Of a stretch of DNA of 64,000 nucleotides, positions 1-11,256 are shown in pieces. The translations under genes were made by a program, and so were the position numbers. The notes beneath the pieces were generated by a model. That model had not been told where the DNA came from. It was given only the letters and a program-made list of their open reading frames with translations, and did not search any database. Position 1 is the first letter of the stretch; every line of letters begins with the position of its first letter. Origin of the DNA: Picochlorum sp. SENEW3. Its lineage: Eukaryota. The stretch lies in assembly GCA_034226945.1 (NCBI GenBank), contig CP120460.1, positions 372,001 through 436,000 on the forward strand, in the 5' to 3' direction.

Positions 1-1295
1 CTCCAGGCTGCCGTCGCTACGCCAGCGAACAAGGTCGCCAGTGCGGTATGCCTTGCTGTAAGAGTCAGACAGAGAAGCATGGACTCGCCCCTCCACAAGC
101 CCCAGGCATGGGTTGTCCACGAACGACTTGGCGGTCAGGTCGGGTCGGCCACAATATTCAAGCGCCAACCGAGGGCCGCTCAACAGCAGCTCGCCAGGGA
201 CGCCAAGGGGTAAGGGGCGGAGGGACGAGTCAACCACGTACGCATGCATGTTTGGGTCAGGGCGACCGATCACCACCATGTCAAAGCCACGGGGGAAACG
301 GTGGTGGGTCCCAGCGACCGTCGCCTCGGTGGGACCGTACGCGTTGTGCGGGCCCTTCATGTTAGGAAACACCTCTTGCATCTCCCGCACAAGATGGGCG
401 GGCACCGACTCCCCTCCCAAGCCCCAAGACTGCATGGCACCATACGGAGCAAAACCCAGCCTCTTCATGGAACTGACGTACTCGAGGGCCAAAGTGGGCA
501 CTGTGACCAAAAACGTGGTCACCTGATGCTCCACAACCGTCTTAGCAATGTAGTCAGGATCCAAGTGACCCTGGGGGCTGGCGACGATCATGCACGCCCC
601 AGCGACGAGAGGCGGAAACAACTGGTACAACGAAGCATCGAAGCAGATGGTGTTGGACAGAATGGACACGCTGGTGGTTCCCAAGGCATACTCGTCGACG
701 ATAAAATGAGTAAAGTCCCGCAGGCCCCGGTGGGGCACCGTCACGCCTTTGGGTCGACCTGTGGACCCAGAGGTGAAGATGATGTAGGCGGGGTCCTCCG
801 GACCGGCAGCAACAGGCCTGTCGACCGACAGCGTCCCCGAGCCCCCATCGTCCACACTCGACAAAACCCGGTTGACATCCAAGATGATCACAGCCCTCCC
901 ACTCGCTGCAGCCATCGCCGTGGCGCGATCCAGATGGGCCGGCTCCGTCAGCAGGAGGGACGAACCAGCATCCTCCACATACACTGACAGGCGGTCGTCA
1001 GGATACGAGGGGTCGCAGGGCAGGTAGCAGCCCCCAGCGGTCAGGACTGCCAAGATGGTGACAACAAGCTCCAAAGAACGGTCCAGCATCACGCCCACTA
1101 CCACGCCAGGGCCCACGCCGTGGACGCTCACCAGCCCCGCTGCCATGGTGCAAACCCAATGGTACACCTCCCCATACGTCAGCCGTTGATCTTGGAACAA
1201 CAGGCACTCCAGGTCGGGGTGAGACACTGCTATCGCTGCAAACGCTTCGTACACCAAACCAGCATCGGCATACTCAGCACGCTGCTCGCCCATGC
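1..1295. repeat. Direct repeat copy A (NRPS A2 domain), partner 3289-4583, period 3288 bp
   Basis: Matches 3289-4583 with about six substitutions seen by eye (e.g. 183, 630, 825, 1157, 1177, 1250). Confidence 0.95.
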
Positions 1296-4200
1296 ACTTC
1301 TCAGCCAACTGTATGGATTGGTCAAGACTCAACAGATTTGTCGATCGCACCTTGGCGTGCATATTGTCCACCATGCATGTCAGAGCGGTCTCGAAGATGC
1401 TGTAAAGACTCTGGATCGTTTGAGAGTCGTATATTTCAGCCATATACTCCATTTGAAGCACAGAACCAACAAGCACTGCTGTTACATCTGCTTTGGCTGT
1501 TGCTTTGAGCTCAACGTGCTTGTGCTTTTTTCCTGTCATCTGACCAAGGACAAGTTCTCCAATAGCACCTGGATCGCGGGTGGGGTCCAGGTACTGGAAA
1601 AGGCACTGAAACAATGGATTGGCACCAGGGACACGCGCAGCTGGGCTGGAGGCAATAATTTCCTGAAGAGGAAGTATTGAATGAGACAGAGCAGCTATAG
1701 TTGACTCACTTGTAGCTCGAATCATATCCTCAAAGGTAGATGAGTCAGAAATAGAGCATCGCACGGGCACAGTGTTGATGAAATAGCCAATTAATCCATG
1801 AGTTTCAGGCTGATCACGACCTGCCGTCGGCACACCTACCACGACCTCATCATCCCCACTTTGCAACAGCAAGGCCAACTGGAAAGCAGAAAGAAGAACA
1901 GCCTGCATATTGACACGCAGTCTGCGTGCGAGTGCCTCGACTTGCTCCAATAAGCCATCAGGAAGATGCAACACCAGTTGACGACACTCGTATGTGGGAT
2001 TGGAGGGTCGAGGCCGATATAATGGAAGCTGAATCACTGCAGGAGCTCCAGAGAGTGCTTCTTTCCACCACGCTCGAGCCTCCACTCCACGTGAACTTGC
2101 TACTTGCTCACGTTGCCATGCTGCAAAATCTCCATACTGGATAGCGAGAGGCTCGAGATCGGGTTTGGTCAAGCCCTTTTTGGCACATTCGTAGCAAACG
2201 GAAAGTTCTGCACAGAGAACACCATATGACCACGCATCGCTCACAGCATGGTGCATGGTGATAACTAAAACGGCATTACCAGAAGCCCTCTCCAATAGAA
2301 GGCCACGTAAGAGACAATCTGTCTCCAAGTTGAACTGATAGGATGCCTCCATGCAGACTGCTGCGTCAACCCAATGCTCCCCCTCTAATGCCGAACGTTT
2401 GCCCGTGATCGGCTCCTTCAGGACCTTCCAAGGAACACGGAAAGATGATGGTGGCACAGCAAGTCCGTTTGGCTCCCCATTTGAGCTCTGTTGGAATTTG
2501 GTGCGAAGCACTTCATGGCGACGCACAATCATATTCAGAGAGGATTCAAGAAGATTGGGCTCTGGGCACGAGTCAAAGTCAAACGCCAGCATAGTGTTGT
2601 AGGCAGATATGTTACCTGATTTCGCTATGCTCCACATTTGCTCCTGATTACAAGATAGCACCCTTTCATCTCCATTCCAAGGGCGAGCTTGTACCGTACT
2701 TAACATTCCTAGAGACTTGTTATCTAGCATAAGCGACGCGATACCTCTTATTGTGCGTCCTTGATGTACAACTGTGACAGGCACCATGCCCAAATCTGTA
2801 GCCTTGCCCAAATCCTTCACAACATGAAACGCCTTCAACGAAGTCCCACCAAGCGCAAAAAAGTCATCGAGAACGCTTATTGTGTCGATATTAAGACCAA
2901 GAACATTGCTAAAAGTAGAACGTAGAGCCTCCTCGACCACATTAGCAGGAATAACAAACTCCACTTGCCCATCTCCAACCCATTCAGGCTGCGGCAGTGC
3001 CCTGACGTCCACCTTGCCATTGGGCTGCAACGGAAACGCATCCAGAGCAACAATTGTGCTGGGAACCATGGCAGCCATCAACAGCGACCGGCAGTGGCTC
3101 AAGACCAATTGCACATCCAAATCTGCAGGGCACACGTACCCAACCAAGCGCTTCTCTCCAGACGGATCTGCCATCGCACACGCCACGGCTTGCGCCACGC
3201 CTGCAAAGGACTCTAAAGCGGACTCCACCTCGCCAAGCTCGATGCGCACGCCCGTGATCTTCACCTGGCGATCGATGCGCCCAAGGAACTCCAGGCTGCC
3301 GTCGCTACGCCAGCGAACAAGGTCGCCAGTGCGGTATGCCTTGCTGTAAGAGTCAGACAGAGAAGCATGGACTCGCCCCTCCACAAGCCCCAGGCATGGG
3401 TTGTCCACGAACGACTTGGCGGTCAGGTCGGGTCGGCCACAATATTCAAGCGCCAACCGAGGGCCGCTCAGCAGCAGCTCGCCAGGGACGCCAAGGGGTA
3501 AGGGGCGGAGGGACGAGTCAACCACGTACGCATGCATGTTTGGGTCAGGGCGACCGATCACCACCATGTCAAAGCCACGGGGGAAACGGTGGTGGGTCCC
3601 AGCGACCGTCGCCTCGGTGGGACCGTACGCGTTGTGCGGGCCCTTCATGTTAGGAAACACCTCTTGCATCTCCCGCACAAGATGGGCGGGCACCGACTCC
3701 CCTCCCAAGCCCCAAGACTGCATGGCACCATACGGAGCAAAACCCAGCCTCTTCATGGAACTGACGTACTCGAGGGCCAAAGTGGGCACTGTGACCAAAA
3801 ACGTGGTCACCTGATGCTCCACAACCGTCTTAGCAATGTAGTCAGGATCCAAGTGACCCTGGGGGCTGGCGACGATCATGCACGCCCCAGCGACGAGAGG
3901 CGGAAACAACTGGTACACCGAAGCATCGAAGCAGATGGTGTTGGACAGAATGGACACGCTGGTGGTTCCCAAGGCATACTCGTCGACGATAAAATGAGTA
4001 AAGTCCCGCAGGCCCCGGTGGGGCACCGTCACGCCTTTGGGTCGACCTGTGGACCCAGAGGTGAAGATGATGTAGGCGGGGTCCTCCGGACCGGCAGCAA
4101 CAGGCCTGTCGAACGACAGCGTCCCCGAGCCCCCATCGTCCACACTCGACAAAACCCGGTTGACATCCAAGATGATCACAGCCCTCCCACTCGCTGCAGC

Positions 4201-6137
4201 CATCGCCGTGGCGCGATCCAGATGGGCCGGCTCCGTCAGCAGGAGGGACGAACCAGCATCCTCCACATACACTGACAGGCGGTCGTCAGGATACGAGGGG
4301 TCGCAGGGCAGGTAGCAGCCCCCAGCGGTCAGGACTGCCAAGATGGTGACAACAAGCTCCAAAGAACGGTCCAGCATCACGCCCACTACCACGCCAGGGC
4401 CCACGCCGTGGACGCTCACCAGCCCCGCTGCCATGGTGCAAACCCGATGGTACACCTCCCCATATGTCAGCCGTTGATCTTGGAACAACAGGCACTCCAG
4501 GTCGGGGTGAGACACTGCTATCGCTGCAAACGCTTCGTGCACCAAACCAGCATCGGCATACTCAGCACGCTGCTCGCCCATGCTTCGGCCCGCAATTATG
4601 GGTTTTTGATTGGGTGTGATGATTGCCTCAATAGGAGAGTTTGGGCTCTTGAGGCCTTGGTGTAGGATGGCCATCATACTGTTAATCATCTGCTCCCCAA
4701 ACTCTGTACTAAAGATTTCTTCATTTAAAATAAGTCTCAAATGAATCTCGGTACCAAAGTCTGCAATTTGAAGGAACAAGTCCTCATTTGCTCTTCCTGT
4801 CCAAGGCTTGAGCTGACACGTTTCTGCTTGCAAGTTTGGTAAGGAAGGAGAGCATGCCCAATCTGCACACAGTTGCAACAGCAGCGTCATATCAAAAGCC
4901 ACATGCCAAGGCACATATTGGTAATTGCAAATTTTGAGACTGAGATCCATGCAAAAAAAATCGTACCTTTTTCCCAGATGGTTATAGAAGCCTTCGCAAG
5001 CAAGGCATGCGATTGGGCACCACCCAGGCAAGCCATGATATCTCCAAACGTGATGTCACCATGTGCTACTGCTTCTTTAATTTCTGCACCAATGTATTTC
5101 ACTGTATCACGGAAAGACCTCTTGTCATCCATAGTAAGACGTAATGGCAGTGCATTGACAAAATGCCCGATCATGTTTGACATGTGTGGAGGCTTGATCA
5201 TTCTGGGAAAGAGTAGGACAAGGTCTTCATCTCCACTATACATGGACAACGTGTACGAGTAAGCAGCTGTCAGTACGCGTATCAATGACTGGCGCTCTCG
5301 TGACATAAAGTTGCGGATGTCATCGAGCATGCAAACGTCATTCACTACGCACACAACAGGTTTGCCTCTGCAAGAGCTCTGGCGTGGGCGGCTTCTTTCC
5401 AAAGGCATGTTCAATGCCTGGGGAGCACCCGCTAACTTCTTTTTCCAAAATTCAGTCTGTTTTCTCACCAAGCTATCGGTCCTTCTCTCTCGTAGCCATG
5501 CAGCATATTCCCCAGGCTGGGCTTCCATTTTAGGGAGGTCATGGCTTGATGCCCCACTGTACAAGGCTGCTAGTTCACGGAGCCACACCCCTTGACTGCC
5601 TCCATCCATCACGCAGTGGTTACGGCACAGCATTACTACATGTTTCTGATCGGCAACATGGGCCACCGCCACTCGGATGAGAGGAGGAGATTCCAACTGA
5701 AATCCTCTCTGAGCAATGGTCTCCAATCTCTGCAGCACTGCTTCATGGTCGATCCCATACTCGGTCAAATCCAACACCTCCAGCGACGCTTTCACACTTC
5801 CAACCGGGTGTAGTTTTGCAGAAATGAAATCACCATCTCCATCAGGTACTTGCGATGAGCTGGAATGCTCCGAGGAAGAAACCTCCAGGTGAAACGACGT
5901 ACGCAGGGCGTCGTAGCGGTCGACCAGCAACTGGAAAGCCCGCTGCAATGCCTCATCGTCCATGCACCCTTGATACTGAATTGCTAATACTTCTGTGATG
6001 ATATTTCCCAGTTGTAATGGATCTGAATAAAAAGATTCCGCGAGAGGAATAACCAAGGAGGGCACTGGTAGGTGTCTAGTAGGAAGGCTACCATTGCACA
6101 GAACCTCTCCCTCGTTTCCATTTGCTGGCGCGTTCAT
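1..6137 (-). CDS. Multimodular non-ribosomal peptide synthetase, C1-A1-PCP1-C2-A2 (3' truncated by window edge); exons 6137-4967 and 4862-<1
   Basis: GT..AG intron 4863-4966 joins the 416-aa ORF to a long frame with no stop seen in the stretches translated. Motifs: C1 RNHCVMDG; A core LTYGEV, GGCYLPCDPSYP, AYIIFTSGSTGRPKG, FDAS, NAYGPTE, PNGKVD; PCP DDFFALGGTSL (~2836-2868); C2 MHHAVSDAWS and IGYFINTVPVR; second A domain starts ~1295. Confidence 0.95.
3289..4583. repeat. Direct repeat copy B (NRPS A1 domain), partner 1-1295
   Basis: Near-identical to 1-1295; identity stops abruptly at the C/A boundary. Confidence 0.95.
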
Positions 6138-6655
6138 ACTACTATACGGTTACGATGGGTGAGTACCAGGTATAATTTTATTTTGCAGTCTTACATGCTC
6201 GGCGGTGATGTGTAGTGAGAAATTTCACATGTAATTGGGCAATCCTCAAATTCGGATTCAGGGGGACGCGCTTTCTTGATGAATCATTTCTTTTTGAGAT
6301 ATATTACGCAGGCGAAAATCATGATTCTTGCAAGAATCAATTGATCAAGATCAAAACGATATCGTCTACTCATCGATCGCACATTTAAATGTATTTATTG
6401 ACGGAATCTTCCTTGAATAGATATATTACGTACCGTCGAAATCGACGACACGGATCGTCTACGTTCCACACATTTGCACCGTGTTGTTTTCAAATTACCA
6501 TTTTCTCTGAATTTTTCTATTACAATCCTATATATCTGTACGTCTTTGGATGCATGGATCATCGGCATCGGTCTCCTTGGCATACTGATGGCGATATCCT
6601 CTTTGTGACGTGGGTTTTTGATATCGATTGATTGATCTCTCATATGTGCAGGCGA

Positions 6656-7198
6656 ATGATGATGCTGACGGTGAGCAAGACGACACCTGTGGCTGTGTGT
6701 GGATCGAAGAGGACCACAAGGGTGGTGCCTGTGTCTGGACAGAGGAGATCCATGGTTGCTCGCTGCGAGGCGTCAACGAATGATGCAGTCGTAGATCGCC
6801 GAGCTGCATTGATGATGGGTGGTTTGTCTCTGTGGGCTGTGGGAAGCCCGGCGCAGGCGTTCCTTGGAATTGGTGAGGATCGCAGTGCAGAGTACACAGA
6901 GGAAACACAGCAGGTGATTGATGGTATCAGATCTGCTTTGGAGAAGGAGCCAAATACTGACGAGCGTGAAAAGGCAATGGGTGATCTCAAAGGTATCAGT
7001 GTGAAATGGGTGAGCAAGTACAGACGCGATCCAAAGTTTGCTGGGCGTCCATCATATAGTCAAATGTATTCTGCTGTGAATGCTCTGGACGGTCAGTTGG
7101 TATCGTTCGGACTCAAAGCAAATTTCCCAAAGAAGAGACTGGATCGTATGATGAAGAGTGTGGATGATGCAGAGAGGCAGCTCAAGAGAGGAAGATGA
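6656..7198 (+). CDS. PSB27: Photosystem II assembly/repair protein Psb27 (thylakoid lumen)
   Basis: Transit peptide plus twin-arginine signal (DRRAAL...AQA); WVSKYRR...GRPSYSQMYSAVNALDG...PKKRLDR...LKRGR. Confidence 0.92.
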   Translation: MMMLTVSKTTPVAVCGSKRTTRVVPVSGQRRSMVARCEASTNDAVVDRRAALMMGGLSLWAVGSPAQAFLGIGEDRSAEYTEETQQVIDGIRSALEKEPNTDEREKAMGDLKGISVKWVSKYRRDPKFAGRPSYSQMYSAVNALDGQLVSFGLKANFPKKRLDRMMKSVDDAERQLKRGR

Positions 7199-7305
7199 TT
7201 ATATTTTGGTCAATGTTGATTGAAATTCTCAATCTTTATTATCACGAATTACATGAAACGCGTTTGGAAGAAACAACACCGAAAGAAAAAAAAATATCTG
7301 TATAA

Positions 7306-8436
7306 TCAATCATCATCCTCACCGTGGTCGTCATCATTGTCCAATGAACTCATGTCTATCCCAGGAATGATGGTCCCCTGGCTATCTGAGGATCCATCAC
7401 CTCCTTCCCCATCCTCCCAGTCACTGGGATACACATCTCTTCTCTCCACACAATACTTTTCTCGCAATTGTTTACACGGAATCATATTACCGTGCCCATC
7501 TGTTCCGAGGAACATGAGGTAGGAATATGGATGCTGGAACTGTGCATTCACCAAAGGCTCTTCAGAATCAAAATCTGCCAAGGCAACCGAATCTAACGCT
7601 TCCTCTGGAACATACGCAACAGGGGCAAGATCATCATCAATCGGCCAATCAGCAATGTTCACCAGCACGTGATAGAACACTTGGTCTGTTCCATGTTTCA
7701 ATGCACCAGCATTGTTCTGAATCTTCCATGCATCATCTTCACAGCATGCCAAATCCCAACCGCAAATAACCCCTCGATATCCTTTTGAATTATGTATTAT
7801 TACCTCTCCGAGAGAAAACTGTGGATCAACCACTGGGCACGGCATGTTGGCCTCTGCAGAATGTTCCTCAATCGCTGCCAGTTCATCCCTCAGCTGAGCA
7901 GCATAGGAGTAGTCTTCCTCCTCTATGGCTTTCGAGAGTTTCGCTCGAATAGATAATGCTTTAGGAGCAAGAGTTCCAAACTGACCAGACTGCCCAGACC
8001 GGCGGGAACCGCACCCATATCCTTTTGCCTTTTGCATCTCCCGCAGTGCTCCATCCACCTTGTTCCTCCGTTCCCTTACATCCTTGACCAAATCAAAGTC
8101 TTCGTACGTCAACGCGCGCTGTAACTGTGAATCCAGTTCCAACTGAAGTAGAAACAAGACGACTTCGCGGTTCACCATGCCAGATCGTTCGCTCGTGAGC
8201 ATCATGGCCGTGTGTTCTCTGTTGCTGCTCGCCGACCCCACGGCGACCAGCCGTTTTCGTGTCGCCTTGGGAGCGATCCATCCAAAACACCCATCATCGT
8301 TATATCCATTTGTTTTCATAGTATGCTGTATCGAGAGGCCCTTGGCACATCCGACATGTCGCCGCGCATGTCGGAGCAGGGTAGACGCCGCTCCCTGCCC
8401 AGCCCCACGCACAGACAGTGATTTCGAGAGTACCAT
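7306..8436 (-). CDS. CLPF: Chloroplast Clp protease adaptor ClpF-like (UVR + YccV domains)
   Basis: Transit peptide; UVR motifs (LQRALTYEDF, LSKAIEEEDYSYAAQLRDEL); YccV-like GYRGVICGWD...QVFYHVLV...AYVPEE. Confidence 0.82.
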   Translation of the reverse strand: MVLSKSLSVRGAGQGAASTLLRHARRHVGCAKGLSIQHTMKTNGYNDDGCFGWIAPKATRKRLVAVGSASSNREHTAMMLTSERSGMVNREVVLFLLQLELDSQLQRALTYEDFDLVKDVRERRNKVDGALREMQKAKGYGCGSRRSGQSGQFGTLAPKALSIRAKLSKAIEEEDYSYAAQLRDELAAIEEHSAEANMPCPVVDPQFSLGEVIIHNSKGYRGVICGWDLACCEDDAWKIQNNAGALKHGTDQVFYHVLVNIADWPIDDDLAPVAYVPEEALDSVALADFDSEEPLVNAQFQHPYSYLMFLGTDGHGNMIPCKQLREKYCVERRDVYPSDWEDGEGGDGSSDSQGTIIPGIDMSSLDNDDDHGEDDD

Positions 8437-9009
8437 GGTTACTTCCAAGGCCACAAATACCGTGGCCCGTATCACTTCAAAGACTGCACTGGCTCCTTCA
8501 GTAACGTTCTAGAATGCACCCGCAGACCCAGTACCTTGCTCACAATCGTCCACAATGTCCAAATTGGATGGCAATTATCTATATTGTGAAAGAACCTACT
8601 GTCGCCCTAGTGGTATAATCTCTTGTGCCTCGCCCTGATGGGCGAGGGTGTTTGGTTCCTTGGACAGCATGGGCGACAATCCCATCAATCAGCCTAGTTG
8701 ACAGGTGATGAAACCAATCTTCCCCAGGGTGGGATCTAGAGACGTCATTCCCCTGTCGCTCAGGTGCTTGGACCGGATGTTTGAATTTGTTGTCGAACCC
8801 CCCGTGTTATTCCAACACCATGAGCTGCATGAGCCTTTCATGACACTGAAATTCAATTTTCTTCACAGTCTACAGTTGTCGCTGTCGTGACAGATGGTGT
8901 GGCAACAAATAGCCATGGTCTCTTCAGGTGCCAAGGTGTGTTGACGACGACCTCATTTCAATCAAACAAACTCCTGGCAGAGCAAAAAAGGTTGTGAAAC
9001 AAAACACAC

Positions 9010-10155
9010 ATGGGCAGTACTAGAAACTATACGATATTATTTGGGATTTGTGGCGCTTTGAGTGTCCTGGCGGGGTATTTTACATGCATCAGCGGTGCTG
9101 GGTCCACAGGCTTTGACCAGCTGATCCGGTTCTCATTCCTTCCTCAAGGACAGTTGCAGAGCAGCACAGACGATGTTGTATCAACATCGTATTATTATGA
9201 TTCCAGTAGTGTTGATGCTGACACGTTGCGGATTCTAGAGGGCATCAATTCGCCACGCAACTCTCGAAAATTCATAGTCAGGTGCTGTAGAGGGTGGGGG
9301 CTCTGTGGGGGCTCTGGAGACAGGATACGAGGGTTGTCTTTCATCATATCTCTAGCGGATGAACTGCATGCGAATATTACGATTGATCCGTCCTATGCAT
9401 TCGGTCCTCCACAGACCTGTGGCGGCAATACACCATATATTTGGCTTGTTGATACAGCACGCCTTCCCGATTTGAATGCTGTATTTGCAGAGCGAAATGA
9501 GATTCATATTACAAGTAATTGGGAAGAACCAAAGAAAGGAACGCAATTTGATGGATGGTGCCATTCCTATCAGTGTGGGAATCTCATTCTTTCCTTCTTC
9601 TCAAGACCTTCAAAGCCATTGATCCAAGCATCGTCTTTTGTGGATGACTTTCTTGAACATTGGACGACTGGATCACATGTATCTCTCCATGTTCGAACAG
9701 GTGGATCAGAAATTCGGGTCGGCCGTGATGCTGTGGTCCCTGCTGTTCCTTGGTCAGACGGTTTTTCATCAGGCCTTCCAAATCGCATCCTTGATTGGGC
9801 TGGATCGCTCCCACGGGACCTCACATGCAAGTCATCATTAGTTCTTGCTAGTGACTCTGTTCGGTTTGCAACGGAACTATCCCTTAGGATGCCGCACGGC
9901 GTGAACATGCCACGGTGCTGTACAGTACCATCACATAGTGATAGATCATCAATCAATAGCGTTCAGGCTATACAGCAATACGTCGATCTCCTCCTTATGG
10001 CGAGATCAGAGCACATTTTCTCAACAATTGGCGGATTCTCGAAACTGGCATCCTCATTTGTGAGTTTCTCAGAGGTGAATGGGACCAAGTGTCAGGATGC
10101 AAGTTGTCTAGATTCTTTCTTGCATTCCCTCCAAGCCAAGCTAAGATGCTCGTGA
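9010..10155 (+). CDS. Type II membrane glycosyltransferase, fucosyltransferase-like (GT11/GT23-type motifs)
   Basis: N-terminal TM anchor; CGGSGDRIRG, LHVRTG, LASDS, DLLLMARSEH..GGFS resemble alpha-1,2/1,6-fucosyltransferase motifs. Confidence 0.65.
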   Translation: MGSTRNYTILFGICGALSVLAGYFTCISGAGSTGFDQLIRFSFLPQGQLQSSTDDVVSTSYYYDSSSVDADTLRILEGINSPRNSRKFIVRCCRGWGLCGGSGDRIRGLSFIISLADELHANITIDPSYAFGPPQTCGGNTPYIWLVDTARLPDLNAVFAERNEIHITSNWEEPKKGTQFDGWCHSYQCGNLILSFFSRPSKPLIQASSFVDDFLEHWTTGSHVSLHVRTGGSEIRVGRDAVVPAVPWSDGFSSGLPNRILDWAGSLPRDLTCKSSLVLASDSVRFATELSLRMPHGVNMPRCCTVPSHSDRSSINSVQAIQQYVDLLLMARSEHIFSTIGGFSKLASSFVSFSEVNGTKCQDASCLDSFLHSLQAKLRCS

Positions 10156-10214
10156 TGGAGCCATAGCAATTCATATTTTATTATTGAAACAATAGCATAG
10201 ATACAACAGGTCAA

Positions 10215-11240
10215 ATGGTTGGTTCTGTGGCATCTTCTCGTGTGTCCCATGTCTCACATGGATACCACACCTCCCGAGTTGGGACGTATTCTGGATTCAT
10301 TTCTCAGAGACGCTGCTTCAAACAATCAAAGAGAATGTTTGGAGTGAATTTAATGCATCAAATGAGCAGAGCTTCCTCTGAAGAGAACGAGACAAACAGT
10401 GTTCCTGCTGAGGATACGAATGAGAATCCTGCTACAATCCCTCGCGATGATGATGTCCTTCCAGACAGTTTGACAGATGCTATTAAAGAATCAGCTGCTG
10501 CAACGGTGGATGCCATGGGCTCTGGATTTTCAAAATGTGTCGTTGAGATTCTCTTGCCAGACTTTTGGGACCCAAACTCTGGTCCAGTCTACTCCGAGGA
10601 GGGTGATCAGCTTCGTTTTTGGAAGATGACAAAGCGATTCATTGATGATATTGTGGAGAGGAGTGGTGATGTGACCGTCAAGGCTATTTATCCGGATGCC
10701 GGAGTGGCTGCTATGCTTCGAAATCAGTGGGATGATGCTGCTTTTACAGTGTCCAGTCTCAATGATAGGACGCCTGTGGATCCAGAGGATGAGTTGATTG
10801 TCATGGCTGCACCCGATCCCCCTAGTTTGGATAAAATTGTTGCTATTAGTAATAGATTGGAGCCCTCCCAGACACTTGTCATGTTCAACCCGAGGTTGTC
10901 CAGTGGAGATGTTGGAGTAGGGCTTGCCATGAGACGACTGCGGGATAATTTCCTCGGTGATTTTATGACAACGTATTCGTTACGCCCGATTGGAGATATT
11001 GGGTCTGTATTCAAGAGGTTCCCAAGCGAATGGCAAGTGTTTATTGCAGACAATGATGTCCCAGGGAGATATGTGTTGGCAGCAGAGAGGCCTTCTCGGC
11101 CGGGAGGGGAGGAACTGGATCTCATCGTCATGAAGGCGTTGGGAGTCGAGGAGAATGAGAATGAGGAATTAGGTTTAGGAGATCAGATATCATTGTTGGC
11201 AAGGCAAATGCAACGCTTTATGAAGTCATTGTCAAATTAA
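10215..11240 (+). CDS. Plastid DUF1995 domain protein (LPA3-family-like)
   Basis: Transit peptide; CVVEIL, AIYPDAGVAAML, VMFNPRL, FMTTYSLRP, FKRFPSEWQVF. Confidence 0.75.
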   Translation: MVGSVASSRVSHVSHGYHTSRVGTYSGFISQRRCFKQSKRMFGVNLMHQMSRASSEENETNSVPAEDTNENPATIPRDDDVLPDSLTDAIKESAAATVDAMGSGFSKCVVEILLPDFWDPNSGPVYSEEGDQLRFWKMTKRFIDDIVERSGDVTVKAIYPDAGVAAMLRNQWDDAAFTVSSLNDRTPVDPEDELIVMAAPDPPSLDKIVAISNRLEPSQTLVMFNPRLSSGDVGVGLAMRRLRDNFLGDFMTTYSLRPIGDIGSVFKRFPSEWQVFIADNDVPGRYVLAAERPSRPGGEELDLIVMKALGVEENENEELGLGDQISLLARQMQRFMKSLSN

Positions 11241-11256
11241 AAAGAATTGTAAACAT

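Noticed and set aside
1680..1712. Possible NRPS intron (minus-strand GTGAGT)
   Set aside because: The frame reads through as plausible C-domain sequence (ATSESTIAALSHSILPLQEI)
1..4583. 1.3-kb direct repeat as LTRs or a transposon
   Set aside because: Both copies are in-frame adenylation-domain coding sequence; no transposase, RT or terminal motifs
48..4665. Plus-strand ORFs of 105-247 aa, duplicated
   Set aside because: Antisense shadows of the GC-rich NRPS A domains; the real frame is on the minus strand and is missing from the track because it runs off the window
8601..8680. tRNA-like start gccctagtggtataa
   Set aside because: No T-arm GTTCRA and no cloverleaf
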